A stretch of 64,000 bases of DNA from Candidatus Enterousia sp. (lineage in GTDB: Bacteria > Pseudomonadota > Alphaproteobacteria > Rs-D84), in assembly GCA_045634865.1 (NCBI GenBank), contig JAZRBB010000003.1, positions 203,082 to 267,081 on the forward strand. The letters are read 5' to 3'. Position 1 is the stretch's first letter. The number at the start of each line of letters is the position of its first letter. Under the pieces are notes generated by a model that saw only the letters and a list, made by a program, of their open reading frames with translations, was not told the origin of the DNA and did not search any database. Made by a program: the position numbers and the translations under genes. Positions 57,569 to 64,000 of this stretch are shown piece after piece.

Positions 57569-58510
57569 TTATGCTTTGTTTGCTGAACCCATGATGTTTT
57601 CAATTTCTTCAATACATTGTTTTGTCACTTTATCCGTCGCAAAATTCAGATATTGACGTGGGTTTGTTATACTTTTATTTTTATAAAATTGTTCGCGTAT
57701 ACCTGCTGTGAACGCCAGGCGTAAATCGCTGTCTACGTTTATTTTTGTTATATGCATTTTGATTGCGCGTTTTAGTTGTGTGGCATTTATTCCGCGCGCA
57801 TTATTTAACTTGCCACCATATTTGTTTATATCATTTATGTATTTTTGCGGGATACTGGACGCGCCATGCAGGACAAGCGGTGTATTCGGTATATTATTCG
57901 CAATTTTTTGCAAAATATCGAATCGCAATTTTTCATTATCAGATTTTCTTTTGTATAAACCATGTGATGTTCCAACAGCTATTGCCAAAGAATCTGTGTT
58001 TGTTTGTTTAACAAAGTCGGCAACTATGTTTGGGTCAGTATACAAATGCGAATCGGCATAGGTCAATTCATCTTCGATTCCAGCCAATACACCAAGTTCT
58101 GTTTCCACAGACACATCATGTTTGTGCGCATAATCTGTGATTTTTTTAGAAATTTTTATGTTTTCAGACAATGGCAAAGCGCTGCCGTCGAACATAACAG
58201 ACGAAAAACCGATATCAATCGCATGCTTGCAGGAATCAAAACTATGTCCATGGTCCAGGTGTAGTGCAACCTGATTTTTTTTGTATTTTGCACCACGAAT
58301 CATACCCATTAAAATATCATCGTCCATGTATTTCAGCGCAGATTCTGATACTGCCAAGATTACAGGGCTGTTCGTTTGCGTTGCCGCGTTTAATATTGCT
58401 TTTAATGTTTCCATATTATAGAAATTGAAAGCAGGGACGGCATATTTGCCACGCATTGCGCGTATCAGCAGTTTTTTTGTATTTGTTAAACCAAAATCAG
58501 AATAGTGCAT
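57569..58510 (-). CDS. fba: Class II fructose-bisphosphate aldolase
   Basis: 313 aa. N-terminal GKYAVPAFNFYNMETLKAILNAA, metal-binding His (LHLDHG, HGASS) and TIM-barrel length. Confidence 0.8.
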   Translation of the reverse strand: MHYSDFGLTNTKKLLIRAMRGKYAVPAFNFYNMETLKAILNAATQTNSPVILAVSESALKYMDDDILMGMIRGAKYKKNQVALHLDHGHSFDSCKHAIDIGFSSVMFDGSALPLSENIKISKKITDYAHKHDVSVETELGVLAGIEDELTYADSHLYTDPNIVADFVKQTNTDSLAIAVGTSHGLYKRKSDNEKLRFDILQKIANNIPNTPLVLHGASSIPQKYINDINKYGGKLNNARGINATQLKRAIKMHITKINVDSDLRLAFTAGIREQFYKNKSITNPRQYLNFATDKVTKQCIEEIENIMGSANKA

Positions 58511-58663
58511 TTCGTATCCTTTGTGGGCATGTTTTTATTATTATATCATAAAAATACAGGTATTTATGTGCTTTTTTTGCATAAAACCTTGACATCGGGT
58601 TCTTTTGTGGAACAATTCCAATAACGAATCGGAATTCGTGTAATAAAAACAAAGGAAAAACAA

Positions 58664-59026
58664 ATGAAAAAATTGGGTTTAGTCGCACTGGGTATGGGAT
58701 TGTTGGCTGGATGTTCTGGCTATGATTACTATAAAACCGGTGTTCGTTATTATCAAGATGACGAAGATTGTATCTATTATTCACGCGAAAGTGGCAAGAA
58801 ATTTGATTCAGATGTTCGTTCATTAAGAGATGGTAAACGTATCGTATATCGTAATACACGTTGTTCTGATTTATACATGAAAGATACATTTGGTTATGGT
58901 GAACGCGAAGACAGACGCGCAATCGTTCCTGTGTCTGTTGAAGAAAAGCCAGCGCCAAGTTGTGGTTGTTCAAAATGTGGTAAAAAAACCGTTTTGAAGA
59001 ACAAATATATTATTATGCCCGCATAA
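58664..59026 (+). CDS. Lipoprotein with C-terminal Cys cluster
   Basis: Lipobox LLAGCSG. C-terminal PSCGCSKCGKK. Confidence 0.4.
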   Translation: MKKLGLVALGMGLLAGCSGYDYYKTGVRYYQDDEDCIYYSRESGKKFDSDVRSLRDGKRIVYRNTRCSDLYMKDTFGYGEREDRRAIVPVSVEEKPAPSCGCSKCGKKTVLKNKYIIMPA

Positions 59027-59241
59027 TAATAGAACATTTTTAATTCCTTAATTTGTTTGGTTATGTTTGACACCGTTATGACTTGTTTATAACGGTGTTT
59101 TTTTGTTTTGTGCTGAGAGCAAGGTTCACCTCTTGCGGGCACACCTCCAAAGGAGGAGAAAAAATCCCCATACATTTGTATTTTTTATTTGTCTGTTTAT
59201 ATTTTTTGTGATAGAATACATGAAAAGAAAGGAGTTTTTAT

Positions 59242-59589
59242 ATGAAAAAAATTATGAACAAAGTCAATTTTGCAATAATCGCAATGATGGTATCTGTTCC
59301 TGCATTTGCTGCTGTGAATGAAAGCGCTATTTGTGGTTTGATGAAAGAATTAAAGGGTGTTTTTGGTTTGTTGAGAACCTTGGCTTTTATCGGTGCTGCC
59401 TTTTATATCGCAGGTTGGGCATGGGAATTTATTTCCAAGGGTGAAGCAAAAGCAGATGATATCAAAAAGAAAGGAACAGGTTTGTTGGTTGGTTTTGTAC
59501 TGTTATTCTCTATCGGTGTTTTATTATCGGTTTTGGTAAGTACGTCAGGTGGAAAAATATTTAATTGTATACCAGAAGCGTTCAATTAA
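59242..59589 (+). CDS. Small membrane protein with VirB2/TrbC-pilin-like topology (candidate T4SS pilin)
   Basis: 115 aa. Long signal peptide MKKIMNKVNFAIIAMMVSVPAFA. The ~92-aa mature part has two hydrophobic helices separated by the charged loop EFISKGEAKADDIKKKG. An extended -10 TGaTAGAAT (59209-59217) lies upstream. Confidence 0.3.
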   Translation: MKKIMNKVNFAIIAMMVSVPAFAAVNESAICGLMKELKGVFGLLRTLAFIGAAFYIAGWAWEFISKGEAKADDIKKKGTGLLVGFVLLFSIGVLLSVLVSTSGGKIFNCIPEAFN

Positions 59590-59591
59590 AA

Positions 59592-59620
59592 TTGAAAACC
59601 GTCCATTTGGACGGTTTTTT
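59592..59620. terminator. Bidirectional rho-independent terminator
   Basis: AAAACCGTCCA-tt-TGGACGGTTTTTT. Confidence 0.6.
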
Positions 59621-59621
59621 C

Positions 59622-60509
59622 TTATCTTTGTCTTAAAGTTTGTGGGTAATAGCATAGCCATAAGTTTTTACGTTCTTCTTCGATTTTATCAACGCTTGTT
59701 TTGAAGTTTGTTGGTGTCAAAAACTGTTCTGGGGTATGGTCTGTGTGTCTCTTGAATAGTTCGCGTTGAATGTGTGCACTTTCGATACATTGTTTCATGA
59801 TTTCTTCGGTTGTAAGTTTATTGTGAACATTCAAAGCGTTTACGCACTCTTGCAACATATAGTAAACATATGGCCAATGATTTGGTATTAAATGCGTTGT
59901 TGGTGTATTTTTTATACCAAACTTTTCTTTTAATGTTTTTATATCTGTTGTGTTGAAAAACTCTTTCCACAGAGTGTTGAAAACTTCTGTGACTGTTTTT
60001 TCTTTGACATAATCTGTGGCTTTTGTTGTGATAATGGCAACCAGAACTTTGGTCGCATTTTGAATTCTTTTTGCTGCGTGATATATGCTGATTTCGTCTG
60101 CCAGATGAGCCAGTTCAACAACGGATTTGTTTGGAAACATAAAATATGCCTGGGTCAACGTTGCGTTATCGTATTTCTGAAATATGAATTCGCAACCTGC
60201 GCGACTTATTTTTTGATCTAAATCCGATGACTGTGTGTCATTTGAATTTTCTTTGCTGATTGTTTTTATGTGAATAGGTGTTGATACCATATATTTGAAT
60301 TCTGGTATCTTTTTAAACACGTTCTTTTGTAATATATCATGAAAATAGTCGGGCATAATCATATGTTTTACATCAAGAAAACTGCTGTGAATATTTGCAA
60401 TATCTGACCATAGCCAGAATTCTGGTTTTCGTGGTTCCACATGTTTTGCTTCGTCTAAAGCACGAATAGTTTCTTCTGCTATTTTTAAATCAGTGTCATT
60501 CATAGTCAT
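59622..60509 (-). CDS. Hypothetical protein (295 aa), unknown function
   Basis: No recognisable motif. Soluble, Lys/Glu-rich. Co-oriented with the RHH gene upstream, 4-nt gap. Confidence 0.4.
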   Translation of the reverse strand: MTMNDTDLKIAEETIRALDEAKHVEPRKPEFWLWSDIANIHSSFLDVKHMIMPDYFHDILQKNVFKKIPEFKYMVSTPIHIKTISKENSNDTQSSDLDQKISRAGCEFIFQKYDNATLTQAYFMFPNKSVVELAHLADEISIYHAAKRIQNATKVLVAIITTKATDYVKEKTVTEVFNTLWKEFFNTTDIKTLKEKFGIKNTPTTHLIPNHWPYVYYMLQECVNALNVHNKLTTEEIMKQCIESAHIQRELFKRHTDHTPEQFLTPTNFKTSVDKIEEERKNLWLCYYPQTLRQR

Positions 60510-60513
60510 TTTT

Positions 60514-60744
60514 TTAACCTTTTTTTGTTTCTTCTACATTGGCCAGTGAAAATAAAACAGATGATATCAATGATTGGTACGGAACGTGTTGTGCATCGGC
60601 TAATTCTTTGATTTTATCCAGAATGGGTTTAGGGATTCGCATATTGATAACACAATCTGATTTATTAAATGCACGATAGGCAGCATATTCACGAAGTAAG
60701 GATTCAATATTCATAACAAATAATTGTTGCATTACATTCGGCAT
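60514..60744 (-). CDS. Small ribbon-helix-helix-like protein (CopG/BrnA-antitoxin-like)
   Basis: 76 aa. C-terminal MRIPKPILDKIKELADAQHVPYQSLISSVL resembles the RHH/BrnA consensus (..L..F..A...G.GYQT.IN..L). Confidence 0.3.
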   Translation of the reverse strand: MPNVMQQLFVMNIESLLREYAAYRAFNKSDCVINMRIPKPILDKIKELADAQHVPYQSLISSVLFSLANVEETKKG

Positions 60745-60884
60745 ACACTAACTCCTATACATCAGTCTTTACAAGTGACTATAACATTGTATTTACAATT
60801 GTCAATACATTTGTGTATATTGTTGTAATGGCGGAAATATAGACGTTTGTGTTGACTGGTGTATTGTTTTGGCTGGTGCAAATT

Positions 60885-61077
60885 CCCCGCCCGTGGCGGG
60901 GTGGATTGCGATAGCAAGACGGGGAGGGTAATCTGGATTATTCGGAATAATGAACGTTTGGAATAAAAATTTATTTGAACCCTCCCTGCCATTCTGGCAC
61001 CCCTCGGGTGGGGGGGAATTTAGACTGGTCTCAGTAAGAACCAATTTCCCGCCCCAGGCGGGGAACCAGTATCTGCC
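60885..61077. repeat. Composite GC-rich palindromic element (nested inverted repeats) in the tolB upstream intergenic region
   Basis: CCCCGCC-cgt-GGCGGGG (60885-60901). GGGGAGGGT...ACCCTCCC (60922-60988) enclosing the palindrome TTATTCGGAATAA. CCCC-tcgggt-GGGG (61001-61014). TTCCCGCCCC-agg-CGGGGAACC (61055-61077). The arms are related to the 43780 palindrome. Confidence 0.75.
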
Positions 61078-61180
61078 TAGAATAAATTCAGTGTGCGTTA
61101 ACATTTTGATTTTTTTATGGTTGCGTGGTAAAATTGTTGCAGTATTATATTTGATATATAACAAAGGAAAGGATTTTTGT

Positions 61181-62497
61181 ATGCGTAAATTTTTATGTGC
61201 GATTATATTTTGTATTGCTGGTATATTCTCTGCCCATGCAGAATTACACGTCGATATCGTTGCTGGTGGAACTGAACCGATTTCAATTGCTGTCCAAAAA
61301 TTTGAGTCGGTTGGCAAGATTCCCCAAGAAACCATTAAAATGTTACGTGAAGTTGTTGAAAATGACTTAAAGCGGACAGGGTTATTCAGGATTGTCAACC
61401 ATGATGCTTTTCCGCAATATGTTAAAATGAATGATATGCCAGATTTCAAAAGATGGGCTGCGATAAAGACCCAGGCGCTGGTTCAGGCCAGTATAAAACC
61501 AGATGGTAAAGATAACTATAAATTAGAGTTTTATCTTTGGGATGTTAATGGCAAAGAACAAATAGAGGCGCAAAGTTTAATTGCGTCCAAGAAATCTGTT
61601 CGACGTTTGGCGCATATTATGGCTGATGCTATCTATGAACGTTTGACTGGCGAATTGGGATATTTTGATACGCAAATTGTATTTATTGCTGAATCAGGCC
61701 CAATGGATAATCGGGTTAAACGTATGGCTATAATGGATCAGGACGGATATGGTATGCGGTATTTGTCTGATAAAAAGACTTTTGTTATGTCGCCACATTT
61801 TTCACCTAATATGGCCACGATTGTATTTTTGTCTTATCGTAATGACGACCCAATGGTTTGGGCTTTGGATTTAGATACTGGCGATCAGACTAAATTGGGT
61901 AATTTTGGTGGTATGAATTTCGCACCGCGTTTTTCACCAGATGGAAATCATGTTGCGTTGTCTTTGGTCAAAGATGGTATAACAAATATATACGAATATG
62001 ACATGTTGAATAAAACTTTGCGTCAATTGACATTTGGGAACCATATTGATACCAGTCCGTCTTATTCCCCAGACGGTAAATATTTGGCGTTTAATTCAGA
62101 TAGGTCTGGTTCACAACAGATTCATGTATTGGATTTAGCCAAAGGAACACAAAAACGTATTACTTTTGGGGCAGGGCGGTATGCAACACCGGCTTGGTCG
62201 CCAGACGGACAATTTATTGCTTTCACAAAAATTGCAGATGATACTTTTTATATTGGCATCATGAATCCGGAAGGGCGACATGAAAAAATATTAGCAGGCG
62301 GTTGGTATATGGAAGCACCGTCTTGGGCGCCTGGGTCGCGTAGATTGGTTTATTATGAAACAGAACGTGCAGATAACGACCGAGATAGAATCAGTCATAT
62401 TCGCAGCGTTGATATAACTGGGCGCAATGTATATGACATTGATTTGGCTGATGATATGAGTGGGACAGAGCCAACTTGGTCACCTAAATTGCCATAA
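61181..62497 (+). CDS. tolB: Tol-Pal system periplasmic beta-propeller protein TolB
   Basis: Signal peptide MRKFLCAIIFCIAGIFSAHA. N-terminal TolB domain followed by repeated PD40 blades (FSPDG, YSPDG, WSPDG). Start at MRKF inside ORF 60950..62497. Confidence 0.85.
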   Translation: MRKFLCAIIFCIAGIFSAHAELHVDIVAGGTEPISIAVQKFESVGKIPQETIKMLREVVENDLKRTGLFRIVNHDAFPQYVKMNDMPDFKRWAAIKTQALVQASIKPDGKDNYKLEFYLWDVNGKEQIEAQSLIASKKSVRRLAHIMADAIYERLTGELGYFDTQIVFIAESGPMDNRVKRMAIMDQDGYGMRYLSDKKTFVMSPHFSPNMATIVFLSYRNDDPMVWALDLDTGDQTKLGNFGGMNFAPRFSPDGNHVALSLVKDGITNIYEYDMLNKTLRQLTFGNHIDTSPSYSPDGKYLAFNSDRSGSQQIHVLDLAKGTQKRITFGAGRYATPAWSPDGQFIAFTKIADDTFYIGIMNPEGRHEKILAGGWYMEAPSWAPGSRRLVYYETERADNDRDRISHIRSVDITGRNVYDIDLADDMSGTEPTWSPKLP

Positions 62498-62509
62498 GAA
62501 TTAAGAATA

Positions 62510-62923
62510 ATGAATAAAATATTGTGTTCGATTTTATTTGGTTTGTGGTGTGGAGTTGCTTTGGCAACGCCTGCGATGGTCACACGTATTGTTGATGGCG
62601 ACACTTTCAAGGCAACTGTGTTATTGGCAGATGGTATTGAAATTATGTCTGTGGGGGTGCGTTTACGAAATGTAGATACTCCAGAACTGCATGGCGAATG
62701 CGATTATGAAATTGAACGTGCTGAAAAGGCAAAGCAGAGATTATCTGAATTGATTCCTGTGGGTTCAGTGATTGAAATAACTAATGTTAAAAATGATAAG
62801 TATCCTGGGCGTATTGATGCAAATGTCTTTGATGAACAAAATCGCGATGTTGGTTTGATTTTAATTCGTGAAAAATTGGGGCGCCCATATTCTGGTGGCA
62901 AACGTCAATCCTGGTGTGATTGA
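62510..62923 (+). CDS. Secreted staphylococcal-nuclease-like (SNase/thermonuclease) protein
   Basis: Signal peptide. VTRIVDGDTF...VRLRNVDTPE...R matches the SNase catalytic core. Confidence 0.7.
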   Translation: MNKILCSILFGLWCGVALATPAMVTRIVDGDTFKATVLLADGIEIMSVGVRLRNVDTPELHGECDYEIERAEKAKQRLSELIPVGSVIEITNVKNDKYPGRIDANVFDEQNRDVGLILIREKLGRPYSGGKRQSWCD

Positions 62924-62926
62924 TAT

Positions 62927-63634
62927 TCAACAACTGTGACGATTGATTGCTTCCCGTATTTCTTCCACAGATGCAGATGATGGTAATTCTGGTTCGAAAT
63001 ATATGTTTGCTGTGCCAGACTTCATTTTGCCACGTTTTGGCCAATATAAACCTGTATCAACCCCAACGGGCATAATCGGCAATTTCAACTGGCTTGCTAA
63101 AAATAATAATCCATGTTTCAAAGGTATTTTTTGGTGTGGTGCGACGCGCGTACCTTCTGGGAAGATAACCAAAGTCATACCGTTCATAATGCGTTTTGTC
63201 ACATTGTGTGCTAATAACTTCATATTTGTTCTGCCACGTTTACGATTTACACCCAATAAACCAATTCGCCAAAAAGCCCAACCGTATATTGGAATCCAAA
63301 GTAATTCGTGTTTTATTATAAAGAAAGCATTTGGTACATGTGTCATAAGAATTGCAACTTCCAGTACAGACATATGTTTTGATGCCACGATTGCGCGTCC
63401 GTCCAAACGCGTGTTGACATTATGCTGAAAAGGGATACCGTTTTCTGTTATTGGTGGATAATGAATTTTATATTTTATTCCACAAATGATGCGTGCCAGC
63501 GCCAATACGCCCCATGCGTCAGCCAATACAAATGCACGTTCCAATTTTGTGGATACAAGCCCGACTAGCAACAATGGTGTCCAAGCAGTAAACCATATCA
63601 ATAATAATAATTTGAATATAACCGTTTTTATCAT
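62927..63634 (-). CDS. Lysophospholipid acyltransferase (PlsC-like)
   Basis: 235 aa. N-terminal TM segment, a KHMSVLE block in the position of the acyltransferase HxxxxD motif (Glu in place of Asp), and an FPEGTR motif. Confidence 0.6.
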   Translation of the reverse strand: MIKTVIFKLLLLIWFTAWTPLLLVGLVSTKLERAFVLADAWGVLALARIICGIKYKIHYPPITENGIPFQHNVNTRLDGRAIVASKHMSVLEVAILMTHVPNAFFIIKHELLWIPIYGWAFWRIGLLGVNRKRGRTNMKLLAHNVTKRIMNGMTLVIFPEGTRVAPHQKIPLKHGLLFLASQLKLPIMPVGVDTGLYWPKRGKMKSGTANIYFEPELPSSASVEEIREAINRHSC

Positions 63635-63637
63635 TAC

Positions 63638-64000
63638 TTAACCTTCTTTTATTCCAAATAGCGTAACAATATATTTTACATATTCAATAGCCCAACGTTT
63701 TACACGAAATGGTGTTGGCATACCTGATAATGAAGCAGGGCATGCAATGATATCTGTATCTGGCATTTCGTTGTGTAATAAATATAATGAACGATTCATA
63801 TGATCTTCGGTAGTGACGAGAACGATTCGGTCTAATTTTCTTTGTTCAACAATGTTTTTTATTGCCAGGGCATTTTGGTATGTAGATTTAGATTTGGATT
63901 CTATCATTACGTGTTTTTTATTTGGGATAGCCGTAGCACCTGCGCCAATAATATAAAGGTTGCCATATTTTAATGTTTCCAATTTTTTTAATGCGTACGG
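63638..64000 (-). CDS. DUF218/YdcF-family (ElyC-like) protein, 3' part only; N-terminus lies beyond the window end
   Basis: ORF 63638..63982 (114 aa) stays open to the window edge in the same frame. Confidence 0.4.
   Translation of the reverse strand, partial: PYALKKLETLKYGNLYIIGAGATAIPNKKHVMIESKSKSTYQNALAIKNIVEQRKLDRIVLVTTEDHMNRSLYLLHNEMPDTDIIACPASLSGMPTPFRVKRWAIEYVKYIVTLFGIKEG

Overview
This is an AT-rich bacterial chromosomal window with reduced-genome, endosymbiont-like gene content (gatCAB, sufBC and sufS-sufT-sufE, tatABC, lolA, tolB, dnaA, dnaN, parE, recJ, thrS, miaB, efp). About 80 features are supported: roughly 65 CDS, two tRNAs (Lys-CTT, Phe-GAA), several rho-independent terminators and promoters, and several repeat families. 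The most interesting region is a plus-strand operon at 31.7-38.6 kb. It is driven by a near-consensus sigma70 promoter and encodes a TcpQ/PilL-like protein, a BfpB/TcpC/PilN-type lipoprotein secretin, a small secreted Ala/Gly-rich protein whose 5' end carries a (CA)15 tract (candidate phase-variation switch; in the sequenced state the signal-peptide region has no in-frame start), and a 1037-aa Cys-rich protein with central hydrophobic hairpins. A second paralogous copy of the small protein plus a Cys-rich partner sits just after dnaA at 43.9-45.4 kb. Elsewhere there is an orphan type IV pilin gene (51.5 kb), a VirD4-like coupling protein truncated at the window start, a VirB2-like small membrane protein (59.2 kb), a duplicated 3' end of tRNA-Lys (att-like scar), and a GC-rich palindromic repeat family. 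No CRISPR arrays, transposases or rRNA genes were seen. Everything was read by eye from the sequence and ORF track; no database searches were possible.
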